Source of the DNA: the human T2T-CHM13v2.0 reference genome, Homo sapiens
Length of the DNA stretch: 64,000 bases
Assembly: GCF_009914755.1 (NCBI RefSeq)
Contig: NC_060926.1
Reading direction: 5' to 3' (one strand)
Made by a program: the position numbers and the translations under genes. The notes under the pieces were generated by a model. That model searched no databases and was not told the DNA's origin. It worked only from the letters and a program-made list of their open reading frames with translations. Positions 16,623 to 28,575 of this stretch are shown here, piece by piece. How positions within the stretch are numbered: position 1 is the stretch's first letter; the number at the start of each line of letters is the position of its first letter.

Positions 16623-17100
16623 TGTTTTCATTTTACATTGCTGCATAACAATTTACCACAAACACAGCAGTTTAAAACAACATGCATTTATTATCTCACA
16701 GTTTCTGTTGGTCAGAAGTCTGTGTTTGGCATGAGAGGATTCTCGGCTTCAGCCCTCTCAGAGCTGAAATCAAGATTTGGATCAAATGGCAGTTCTTGTC
16801 TGGAAGGATCTTCTTTCCAAATTACTGGTTTTTGGGAGGATTCATTTCTTTGAGCTTGTAGGACTGGAAAACCACTTTCCTGGCAGGCTTTTCTTAGCTC
16901 GTAGAGGCCATCTGCCTTTTTTTTTTTTTTTTTTTTTTTTTTGCCACATGGCTCCTTCCACCATCAGACCAACAGTTGAGCACTAAGATTCTTTACATGT
17001 TTCCAATCCCTGATTTCCTCTTCTGCAACCAGCCAGAAGAGAATTTCTGCTTTTAAAGGTCTCCTGTGATCATTTCAGAGCCTTACAGATAATCTCTGTG
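16623..17100 (-). mobile_element. MLT1D/E-like LTR
   Basis: attgctgcataacaatttaccacaaa...tttaaaacaaca...ttatctcacagtttctg...ctgcttttaaagg. Confidence 0.75.
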
Positions 17101-17248
17101 TCACAATAGCATCTTGGTTTACATAGTACCCAACACATAATAGGTGCTTAATAAATATTAATTATCTCATTACCACACTCTCTGATCAGACATTTATCAC
17201 CTATTATTTCAGGGTATATTTTATTTTTAATTTTTTAAACAAGGAAGT

Positions 17249-19390
17249 TGTATTAGTCCAGTTTCACACTGCCATAAAGAACTACTTGAGACTGGGTAAT
17301 TTATAAAGAAAAGAGGTTTAATTGACTCACAATCCCACATGGCTAGGGAGGCCTCAGGAAACTTATAATCATGGCAAAAGGTAAAGGGAAAGCAAGCATG
17401 TCTTACCATGGTGGAGCAAAAGAGAGAGAGAGAGCAAGGGGGCCACTGTCACACACTTTTAAACATCAGAGATTGTGAGAACTCACTCACTATCACAAGG
17501 ACAGCATGGAGGAAACTATCCCTATGATCCAATCACCTCCCTTCAGGCCCCTTCTTTAACACATGGGAATTACAATTTGATATGAGATTTGGGTGGGGAC
17601 TTGGAGCCAAATCATATCATTCTCCTCCTGGCCCCTCCCAAATCTCATGTCCTTCTCACATTTCAAAACCAGTCATGCCTTCCCAATAGTCCTCCAAACT
17701 CTTAACTCATTCTAACATTAACTAAAAAGTCCAAATCCAAAGTCTCATCTGAGACAAGGTTAGTCCCTTCCACCTATGAGCCTGTACTATAAAAAACAAG
17801 TTAGTTACTTCCAAGATACAATGGGGGTACAAGCATTGGGTAAATGCTTCCATTACAAATGGGGGAACTTGGGGAAAATAAAGAGGCCACAGGCCCCATG
17901 CAAGCCTGAAAACTAGCAGGACAATAATTAAATCTTAAAGCTTTGAGATAATCTCCTTTGATTCCATGTCTCACATCTGGCACACGCTGATGCAAGGGGT
18001 GGGCTCCCAAGGTCTTGAGCAGTTCCACCCCTGTGGCTCTGCAGGGTACAGCCCTCTTGGCTACTTTCACAGGCTGGTGTTGAGTGCCTGTGGTTTTTAC
18101 AGGTGTATGATGTATGCTCTCAGTGGATCTACATTTCTGGGGTCTGGAGGATGGTGGCCCTCTTCTCACAATTCCACTGGACAGTGCCCCAGTGAGGACT
18201 TTGTGTGGGGGCTCCATCCCTACATTTCCCCTCTGCATTGCCCTAGTAATGCTTCTCCATGAGGGCTCCACCTCTGCAGTAGACCTCTGCCTGGTTATCC
18301 AGGCATTTCCCCACATCCTCTGAAATCTATGTGGAAACTCCCAAACTCTTGCCTTCTATGCACTCAGAGGCTGAACACTATGTGGAAGCTGCCAAGGTTT
18401 GGGGCTCATCTTTACTTTTGTAGCTTTACTTTTTGCAGCCTGCACCTTAAATTTCTTCCCAGAAAATAAGTTGTTCCTTTCTACCACATGGTCAGGCTGC
18501 AAATTTTCCAAACTTTTACTTGCTGTTCCCTTTTAAACATAAGTTCCAATTTCAGACCATCTCTTTATGAATGCATATGACTGTGTGCTGTTAGGAACAG
18601 CCAGGTCAACTCTTGAATGCTTTGCTGCTTAGAAATTTCTTCTGGTAGATACCCTAAATCATCTCTCTTAAGTTCAAAGTTTCACACATCTCTAGGGCAG
18701 GGGCAAAATATTGCCAGTCTCTCATCTGAAGCCTAGCAAGAGAGACCTTTATTCCAGTTCCCAGTAAGTTCCTCATCTCCATCTGGGACCACCTCAGCCT
18801 GGACTTCATTGTCCATATCACTATCAGCATTTTGGTCAAAACCACTCAACAAGTCTCTAGGAAGTTCCAAAGTTTGCCACATCTTCCTGTCTTCTTCTGA
18901 GCTCTCCAAACTGTGCCAACCACTGCCCATTACCCAGTTCCAAAGTTGCTGGATATCCAAAGATATCCACATTTTCAGATATCTTTATAGAAGCACCCCA
19001 CTCTCCTGGTACCAATTTTTTGTATTTGTTCACTTTCACACTGTTATGAAGAACTACCTGAGACTGGGTAATTTATAAAGAAAAGAGGTTTAATTGACTG
19101 ACTATTCCACATGGGTGGGGAGGCCTCAGGAAACTTACAATCATGGCAGAGGGGAAGGGAAAGTAAGCACACCTTACCATGGCAGAGCAGGAGAGAGAGA
19201 GAGAAAGGGGAAGAATTGCCATACACTTTTAAACCATCAGATGTTGTGAGAGCTCACTCACTATCATGAGAACAAAATGGGGGAAACCACCCTCGCGATC
19301 CAATCACCTCCCACCAGACCCCTTTGTTAACACGTGGGGATTACAATTTGACATGAGATTTGGATGGGGACACTGAACCAAACCATATCA
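17249..19390 (-). mobile_element. Two-LTR THE1D/MSTA-type MaLR provirus (LTRs 17249-17619 and 19021-19390, internal region ~1.4 kb)
   Basis: Two ~370-bp TG...CA direct repeats; perfect 5-bp TSD GAAGT at 17244-17248 and 19391-19395; internal MaLR-like ORF remnants. Confidence 0.95.
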
Positions 19391-19951
19391 GAAGTGTTAA
19401 GAGTCTTAGTTTCTTTATCTCCTGCTCAGAGAAATAAAAACTCATTATCAGTTTATTGAAAATCATGTCAAACCGTTTTCCATTATTTATATAAATATAT
19501 AAATACCAGAACAAAAGACTGTGACTTGATGTGTGAATGTGCATGTGCATGTGCATGAGTGTGTGTGAGTGTGTGCATGATTTTACATAAGTAACATCAT
19601 ACTAAATGTATGCCTTGCAACATACTTTTTCACTGAAAAACAAATCTAGATGTTTACATATTGAAGTGTATGAAACACATCATTGTCCATAGTTGCACCA
19701 CATTCTATCAAAGTCTGTTTAGCAGCTTCCATAGTAGACACTTAGGTTGATTCAAATCAGCTATCACAAATATTTCCACAAGGAACACCCATATATATAT
19801 ATATCTCTTTGAAAACATGAACAAAAGTTTCAACTTTGATGGTGAAAACTGGATTTGTTGGGCTGTAGTATATGTATGTTTTAAATTGTGACCAATGCTG
19901 CAAAATTGATTCCTTCCAAAATGTCTATAACAATTTTAACTCTCTCTAGTA

Positions 19952-20029
19952 TTAGGTTAGTGCAAAATAATTGCGGGTTTTGCCATTACTTTTGAGGCAA
20001 AAAACACAATTACTTTTGCATCAACTTAA
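19952..20029 (+). mobile_element. MADE1 (Hsmar1 MITE)
   Basis: ttaggttagtgcaaaataattgcgg...caattacttttgcatcaacttaa; palindromic, flanked by TA. Confidence 0.92.
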
Positions 20030-20058
20030 TAATTTAGAGAAATATCTGTTTCTACACA

Positions 20059-20910
20059 TGTATTAGGGTCCTCCAAAGGGACAGAACTAATAGGAGATAT
20101 ATATATGTATATATATGTATGAAGGGAAGGTTATTAGGAGAATTTACTCACGCAGTCACAAGGTGAAGTCCCACAATAGGCTTTCTGCAAGATGAAGAGC
20201 AAGGAAGTCAGTCCAAGTCCCAAAAGCTCAAAAGCAGGGAAGCCAGCAGTTCAGCCTTCAGTCTGTGGCTGAAGGCCTGAGAGTCCCTGGCAGTGGTGTA
20301 GTCCAAGAGTCCAAAAGCTGAAGAACTTGGAGTCTGATGTTCAAGAGCAGCAAGCATCCAGCACAGGGGAAAGATGAAGGCAGGAAGACTCACAAGTCTC
20401 TCTCTCTTTTTTTTGTTTTTGAGACAGTCTTGCTCTGTCACCCAGGCTGGAGTGTAGTGGCTGTGATCTCGGCTTACTGCAAGCTCTGCCTCCTGGGTTC
20501 ACGCCATTCTACTGCCTCAGCCTCCCTGGTAGCTGGGACTACAGGCGCCCACCACCAAGCCTGGCTAATTTTTTTGTATTTTTAGTAGAGATGGGGTTTC
20601 ACCATGTTAGCTAGGATGGTCTCGATCTCCTGACCTTGTGATCCACCCGCCTTGGTCTCCCAAAGTGCTGGGATTACAGGCGTGAGCCACCATGCCCAGC
20701 CAATTCTTCTTTCCAACTTCTGCCTGTTTTACTCTAGCCACACTGGCAGCTGATTAGATGGTGCCCACCCAGGTTGAGTGTGGGTCTGCCTCTCCCAGCC
20801 CACTGATCAAATGTTAATCTCCTTTGGCAACACCTTAAACAGACACACCCAGGAACAATACTTTGCATCCTTCAACCCAGTCAAGTTGACACTCAATATT
20901 AACCATCACA
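20059..20910 (-). mobile_element. MLT2A-type (HERV-L) solo LTR interrupted by an Alu
   Basis: tgtattagggtcctccaaagggacagaactaatagg...tcaagttgacactcaatattaaccatcaca. Confidence 0.92.
20407..20701 (-). mobile_element. AluY/AluSc-like element
   Basis: Diagnostic tracts gcaagctc, cacgccattct, gggactacaggcgccc, ggatggtctcgatctcc. Confidence 0.95.
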
Positions 20911-22430
20911 GCATACCCTTACCAACACTTGATATTGATCAAAGTTTTTAATATTTTGAAATTTCATGTATGAATGGGATATTTTACCATGGCTTGAAGA
21001 TCATTAGTTGATATTGTTGGAGCTTTTTTGTTTTTTGTTTTTTACGTTCAGATTGCAAGGAACTTACAAGGTGTTGAACCGTATATTCTGTGCAGTGTAT
21101 AGACTTCATCTTAAGTGTCTTCAATTCCTGAATACTTATACTTACCTCTTTACCCTTCCTTTGAGATCTAAGAAGGAGCCATTCCTCTTGATATTCTTTT
21201 TTATGTCCTTGGGGTTTATTTGAAGTCATCAATATCTTGGAAGGTCTTAGATGGGAAATAGTAAAAAAGAGGGTAGTAGGAGATAATAAATTAAAAATAT
21301 GAATAATAAAACACACCTTACTGCCCCTGCCTTAGATGAATCTGATATTATCAACTGTTAACTGTGCACATGTACATGTGCAAGTGGCTTTGTAAAGAGA
21401 CTAGAATAGCTAGCCCAGGACAATAGGTTAAGACTGAAAGAGTGGGAAAGACACTCTTTTTAACGCACATCAAAGGCACCATTGGCTAGTCCAATGCCAG
21501 CATATCTTTGCTATCTTCTGGTACTAAAACTCTTTTAGTAAATATGGAATTAATGGGGAAAATATTGATTTTGGTTGTTAATTTGATTTCAAAAATTGGT
21601 TTCCTGCAATCTCAGTAGAATAAGTCCAAGATATATCTGTTTATTCATTTATTCCTATTAAAATAGCAATTCTAGAAAATACTATCTGGTATTAATCTGG
21701 TGAATAGTGTTATAAATGCCAGAGTTTATGTTTATTATACTTATTAAACTGGTCCTGATATCTCATAAAAATAAAATAAATGGCAGGGTTAGAAATGTAA
21801 TACTTCATATAATTCTTCAAATCTTTAATATTCTGTTTATTAAGTTTTTATTGAAATACAATCCGTGGAGGACAGAGTGAGTGAGCTGAGTTTCAGAGCT
21901 ATACAACAGCTGAGCTCCAGCATTCCTAGGAGAAAAATTGTCAGGCTTCTATTTCTTTTATAAAAATCTCTTAGACTTCCAAAGTTCTCTATATTCATGG
22001 GAACTTGCATTTAAGAGGGAAGTCACTTTTTTTTTTAAGGAAGTGTGTTCGTTGAAGAAAAGACTTTCCACTCATCTAGAGCTGATCACATTTACCACTG
22101 TCACCTTCACACAGGGACAAAAACAACCTTAGCCGTGAGCAAAAGGAGCGAGGAAGCAAATCATGATGGAGGCTTAGAGAAGCACATAGGTAGAGAGAGC
22201 ATCCTGGGTAATTCTTGGGGGAAAAATAACACTGGGTTTTGCATCATCCTCCCTTCACCTAATAATAATAGTGTTATGCATGGCATATGCCTCTTGTCAT
22301 ACACCATTTGTGGGCACAAAGTAGCTAAATTGAAATCAGGACTTGGAGGAGAACATTTATGAAAGTCTAGCTTAATTTCAATAGATAATGCTGGGTTGAA
22401 ACAAGGCCTGAACTTCTCACTTTTCCATGG

Positions 22431-22797
22431 TGCAATGGACAGAATATTTGTGTTTCCCCAAAATTCATATGTTGAAATTTTAACCCCCAAAGTGATGGTG
22501 TTATGAGGTGGTGCCTTTGGGAGGTGATTAGGTCATGAGGGTGAAACCCTCATAAATGGGATTAGTACTTTTATAAAAGAGACTCCCAAGAGCTCTCTCA
22601 CCCTCTTTCTGCCATGTAAGGATACAATGAGATAACGGCAGTCTGAAACCCGGAAGGGAACCCTCACCAGAGCCCGACCATGCTGGCACTCTGATCTTGG
22701 ACTTCCAGACTCCAGAACTGTGAGAAATACAATTCTGTTGCCTATAAGCCATGCAGTTCATAGTACTTTGTTATAACAGCTCAAAGTGACTAAGACA
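22431..22797 (+). mobile_element. MLT1A0-like solo LTR
   Basis: TG...CA ends with perfect TSD CATGG at 22426-22430 and 22798-22802. Confidence 0.93.
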
Positions 22798-23328
22798 CAT
22801 GGGGTATAATGAAGAAGCAGCCCTGTTATTAAAATTTAGAAGTAATGTCCTCTGTCTGGCAATCAAGCCCTTTGGTGAACTGCTTAACTCCTTTGTATCT
22901 TTTTTCACAACTGGACAGTGATAATGTCAATGATTGCTTTTATATTTCCCTGGCATATTGGAGCAAAGAAACTAATTATGGTAAAGTGCTTGAAAGCTTC
23001 CAAAGTAGAGCAAGATATCATTACAGCAGTACTAAAGTATTCCATATGCACCTCAAATACAAATGGTCGCATTTCTTCTTCCTCTCTAATTTATGTGTCA
23101 ACTGTAACCTAGACAGTAGACTAGTGTGTAGAATTGGCACAACAGGTAATTGCTTTCATAGGATAAATGGAAAAATTCTAGAAATACCCCCAGTGCCTAA
23201 GACTGGGAATAGGGATTACAGAGTCTTTTCTGTAGATGTAATTGAAACCATAAGAAAAATAAAATAAGGCACCCTCTAAGAGAAAGAATACAGGAATGGA
23301 ACAGTTTAAGGATGGGCCTAGAATCTAT

Positions 23329-23545
23329 CAGCAGTTAGCAAATTTTTTTGTATAGAGGATCAGACAGTAAGTATTTTAGGTTCTGCATGCCGTATGGTCT
23401 CTGTAGCAAGTACTCATATCTGTAGTTACAGCACAAAAACACCCATAGACAATACATAAATGGATGAATGTCATTGTGTTCCAATAAAACTTTATTTGCA
23501 AAAACAGGTGGTGATCAGGTTTTGGCTATAGTCCTCCAGTAGCCT
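23329..23545 (+). mobile_element. MER58A hAT MITE
   Basis: cagacagtaagtattttagg...tgtgttccaataaaactttatttgcaaaaacagg. Confidence 0.8.
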
Positions 23546-24082
23546 ATGTGATTGATATGTAGTAGAGGTATAATAAAGATTCATTGAATGATTCATAAGT
23601 TATTACTTTTCCTTGTTTACTCCTTCAGATTAAATTTTGTGTTCAGATCCTGTTTCAACACACTTTTGTGGGGTGCCCAAAATGTATCAGGCACTGGGCT
23701 ATTTTATCTGACATTTTTAACTGATTTTCTTTCTCAGCCTTGCTCTTCTTTATTTGTTTACCTTTTGTTTTCCAGTTGCTTCTGTTTAGTTGCTTATTTT
23801 GACAGTCAAAATTTCTTCAGAAGGGCTTGAAAGTACAATAAGCATATAGGGGAAAATAAACAATCAGTGTTTTATATGAATATGCATTTTTGATATATTT
23901 ATTTTACTGAAATTTGTCCTTTAAATGAGAGATTTTTTTCTCTAATATGCATTCTATGTCATAGCAGTTTTGCAAAATGCTTCTTGAACAAAGATTCCTT
24001 GATCAAAAAACCTTGGGAAACTATGTATTCTGTCTGTCTGAGAGTCATTCACCAAAGGCACTATGATGTACAGTAAAGAATC

Positions 24083-24458
24083 TGTCTTAATCTGTTCAGG
24101 CTACCATAACAAATACCATAGACTAGGTGACTTAAACAACAAAAATTTATTCTTCATGGTTCTGAAGGCTGGAAGTCCAAGATCAAGGTGCCAGCTGATT
24201 TAGTTCCTGGTGAGGATATTCTTCCTGGTTTGCAGATGGGTAGATGCCTTCTTGCTGTACCCTTACTTGGTAGAGAGAGAGAGCACATCTCTTGTGTCTT
24301 CTCTTTTAAGGGCACTAATCACATTCATGAGGGCTTCACCCTTACACCTAACTACCTCCCAAAGACCCCACTTTGAAATACTATGATACTGGGGAATAGG
24401 GCTTCAACATATGAATTTGAGGTGAGAGGGCACAAACATTCACATTCAGTCCATAGCA
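24083..24458 (-). mobile_element. MLT1A0-like solo LTR
   Basis: tgtcttaatctgttcaggct...ggctggaagtccaagatcaaggtgccagc...attcagtccatagca. Confidence 0.9.
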
Positions 24459-25109
24459 GGACTTCTGATAAATTTTGTTTGATACTCTCTTGCAATGGTC
24501 CATGTTCAAACAACAGCAAACAGCATTTGGTGCAGGATTGCAGCAGGTACACAGGCCTCTGTTCTCTCAGAGTCCAGCAGAATTGTGACAGAAGTATGCT
24601 GGGGCAGGGAATAGCTGGATAAACAGAGGGGCTATATTCCTATAAAGGGTTTCACAACCCTGTTGCTCTCTCTTTGTATGATGTAAGCAGGAGAACAGTC
24701 TTCAATGAAGAGAACTGAACTCAGACACCTAGTAGTCTAAGATTAGACACTAACCATTGGGTGAATTGCTAGAAATATCAGTTGCCCAGCACTTGGAGAC
24801 TTGGAGGAGCCCAGACCTCTGGGTGTAGAGTCTCAGCACACCTCCTGTTGCTGAGAGCAGTGAGAGCTGCTATACCTATGGGGAGTTGTAGCCATTCCTG
24901 ATGAGAGAGCTGGAGCCACTCTTCCTACTAGCTCATTTTGAGGCATCAAGGGAAGGAGTCCCGTAAATGCAGAGTCTCCTACTGTATTTGAATATGGAAA
25001 TCCACCCTTCTTTTCTGTATGAATGCATGGGTATTGTTTTTTATCCCATCAATTAATGGCATGTAGAACCAATGTTTTGCAAGACATACTTTGACAATAC
25101 TCTATTAGT

Positions 25110-25661
25110 GTTACTTTAGAAAAATGATTTTTAAAATGGCCACAAAAATTCACAAATTCTGGTATCTACACTCTTTGCAGTGTAACTTTGTGACTCCTCC
25201 CATGAAGAGGTGTTGCCTCCTTCCTCTACTCTTGATCTGGGCTAAGGCTGTGATTTATTTCAGCTAATAGAATTAGGCAAAGGTAATGGTGTGCCAGATC
25301 TCAAGAGACCTTGAACATTTTCACTCAACTCTTGGACCCCTGTCATCACCATGTGAATAATAGCTAGCTGGCTGGATACTGAAATAATGACCCAGTCATT
25401 CAAGAATCCCAACCATCAGACAGTAGTGAGGCCATCCTATACAAGCCAGCTCCTAGCTTACCCCTGAATATCTGAGAAATCCCAGCCATGGCCAGCAGAG
25501 CCGATTATACAATCCATAGCTGACAAGGCCAGTAGAGACCAGAACCACCCAGCTGACTTGTAAACTTGTGAGCAATAATAAATGCATCACATTTTTAGCC
25601 ATTGTGTTTTGGGGTTCTGGTAGCTTTGGGCTATTAATATGCAGTAATAGCTGCTGACACA
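25110..25661 (+). mobile_element. MLT1G/H-like LTR
   Basis: aaaatggccacaaa...ctcctcccatgaagagg...gtgagcaataataaatg...gcagtaatagctg. Confidence 0.7.
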
Positions 25662-27345
25662 GTTACTAATTGTTGGCCTTTTAATACGTTATTCCTTGTC
25701 CATGAAATCAAGGCTAAGAAGTGACTTTATTGAAAGTGAAAATTGAATCATGCACATCAAAATGATAATCAATGAAGAGTGTCATATTAAGAAAATATGC
25801 CCTAGCAAAGGATTATTCTAGATGTATTGTTTTGACTCAACATGGACAACATTGTATAGGCATATACAAATAATGTAAAATTAGTGTGTAGGGAATCTCA
25901 GTGATACAGACGAGGCATATATAGAGAGAATTTTATTTGTCTGTTTCTCTCCCTTATAGCTTCCCCTACTAACTGTCAAACCTACTAGGTTTCAGGTAAA
26001 ATATCCATTGAATCAGGCACCATTTCTGGAGATGTCTTTCCATCCTGAGTTGCTTTAATAATATATTTTTTGTTTGGAAATAGCAATGAATAATATTGTG
26101 GAAAAATTGCTTTTTTGTTCTTAGGTTTGAAGCTTATAAGGTAGAAGAAGAAACTTCTTAAATAACTAGGAAGCTAAAAACAATAAAATGACAGAGACAT
26201 TTCCTCCCTTCTCCACTCCAAGTTTCTGTCCAGGGGGAAAATATTGAAGTACAGAGGCCTCTCTCCTCTCACAAAAGCATTCATGGGTAAACAAATCGGT
26301 GCCATCTTCCCCGTGCCATGAGAAGCCATGAGAGTGGTGTGGGAAGAAATAATCTATCTTTTAGGGCAACAAAACAACTACTGAGAGGCCCGTGGAAATG
26401 AAGGGCTCGCTGGACCAGTGGAATTCCCACATCACACGCTTGAGGCACTTAACTAGTGCCGCTGGCTGGGTTGCAGCCTGCTAATTGAATTTAAATTAAT
26501 GAGGTATATTTCTTTTAGTTTAAGTTGTTAAATTGTATTTCCATGTTTGATAGCCATTTGCTAATTCTTGAAAAATATCACATATATAATAATATGTTTG
26601 AATACCCTGTAGCATTTTTTAAAAACTAACAAGTTATATATGATTTACTTGTGCTCAAGAAACCTTAGTATAAGCAGAAGAAGGATTGGGTTATTGATAT
26701 GAATTCTAATTCAGATATGATTTACGAAGACTGTATCAGAAACAAAGCGTTGGCACCCTCATTTAAAATTCCTTCTTTCTCAAAATGGAGAGACTTTGAC
26801 TCACTTTCTTCTTTAAGAAAGAAAAGTAAATAGAGGTAAAGAAATAGCTAATTTTTTCATGACTAATAATTCTGATTTTTCTTCACTTAATCAAACATAA
26901 TGTTTTTTTTTCTTCCTCAGCTCCCTGTACCCTAAATAATAGAGGTACAAAATAATTTACTCACAGCCAACTAATTTGAAAAACTAAATATGTAATCTTT
27001 TCATAGCATAAATGACTTGATTCTTTGCACTTTGCTAATTTGGAAAAAAATGCATAAGGGTGCAAAAAATTAATGAAGAGCGCTTAAAGCGGATTTCATG
27101 AAGTTTTCCTCATTATCTTTATCTGTAGTAAATTTATCACAAAACAAACATAGATAAAAATGCTTAATTTTGGTTTGTATTACATATGGGCATGCTCTTT
27201 TCTTATACAGTCTATTATAGTGGAAATATCTCTGCGATAAGAAGACATGGATTCTAGCTCCATCTCCAGAACTTAGGAGCCAGGTAAGTCTGAGTTGGTT
27301 CCTTAACACTTCTATACATGAGTTGACTCGTGTTAAATTGTTATG

Positions 27346-27425
27346 CTAATATTAACTATATAAAATTGTCCATATTAAGCCACTTTTGATCAACAAAAAT
27401 GGCAATTTTATATGATTCAACCTAA
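27346..27425 (+). mobile_element. MADE2 (Hsmar2 MITE), degenerate, within a MIR-like stretch
   Basis: atataaaattgtcc...aaaaatggcaattttatatgattcaacctaata. Confidence 0.7.
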
Positions 27426-28238
27426 TACTGCTCTGTCTTATAGGGTTATTACATCAAATAAAATAGTTTAAAACATTTTGGAATACCGTAAAATGTATAT
27501 AAATGCAAGAGTTTTATTATCCTAATGTATGTGTGTAAGGAAAATCATTTGATGCAACTGTAATAATGATTAATATAGATTGCCACACATTCATTTGCCT
27601 GGGAGGCAAAAAAAAATTGAGGGCACTAGATAGCATGAACCAAGTTTTATGAATTTGCTTTTCTTCTCCATTAAGATTCCAAAACTTTGGTATTTCCATA
27701 GTAAATTGTGAGTTATGGACTCAATAGCAAGCAAATGACTCGTCTATCTGCAAGCCTTTCTTTATCTACCAGGAAGATGTGTCAGTGAACTGGCATCTCT
27801 CTAGCCACCATCTGGGTTCAAAGCATCACAAATCTGGCCTAAATGCATCACTTCTTCAAAGACATTGAAATACTAGATTCTAGTTCAAATGCAATCCATT
27901 TTGGGTATCCATAGGTGACCAGATAGAAGCCTTCTGTCTTCAGCTTTCTCTCTGGCCAGGCACTAATACCTGGCTTCCTCTACTTCCTCCTGCCCTGTGT
28001 CTGCATCCTTCACCCCACACTCTATCCCTCATACCCCACAGCATGCTCTGATGAACCCAATACTTTCTCTTTCTTGATAGTTTAGGTCTTCTAATCCCAG
28101 CTCAGCCTCAGCAAGTTCTTGCAACTGAGCTCTTGTGGAAGTGGCCAGCTGATGTGCAGAGGTAGACTGAGAAGAGGTGCCATGAAATGCACTGATGGGC
28201 TCCAGTAGTCTCAGTAAAAGCAAGCAACAGTTGTTTTC

Positions 28239-28575
28239 TGCAACGATTGAACGTTTGTCCCCTCCAAAACTCATGTTGAAATTTAATTGCCATTGTAACA
28301 GTATTAGGAGGTGGGGCCCCTAAGAGGTATTAGGCGATGAGGGCTCCACACTCTGAGTGGGACTGGGGCCATTACAAAAGGGGAAGTTCATTCCTCTTTC
28401 ACCCTCTTGCCTTGTGCTATGGGATAATGCTGCAAAAAGGCCCTTGTCAGATGCAGATTCCTGGATATTGGATTTATCAGCCTCCAGAACTGTGAAGCAG
28501 TAAATTTCTGTTTATTGTAAATTACCTAGTCTGTGGCATTCTGTTACAGCAGCACAAAGTGGACTAAATAAGACA
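28239..28575 (+). mobile_element. MSTC/MSTD-like solo LTR
   Basis: tttgtcccctccaaaactcatgttgaaa...cagcctccagaactgtga; perfect TSD TTTTC. Confidence 0.9.

Larger units (their letters stand above)
19575..21120 (-). mobile_element. Ancient L1ME-like 3' fragment split by MADE1, MLT2 and Alu
   Basis: gacacttaggttga...ggatttgttgggctgtag...[inserts]...ccttaccaacacttgatatt. Confidence 0.6.

Noticed and set aside
17801-18316. 171-aa ORF as a domesticated gene
   Set aside because: Ordinary MaLR internal sequence with no evidence of selection
26365-26503. Coding exon between ttttag and gag|gtatat
   Set aside because: The longest frame stops (TAA at ~26482) before the weak donor
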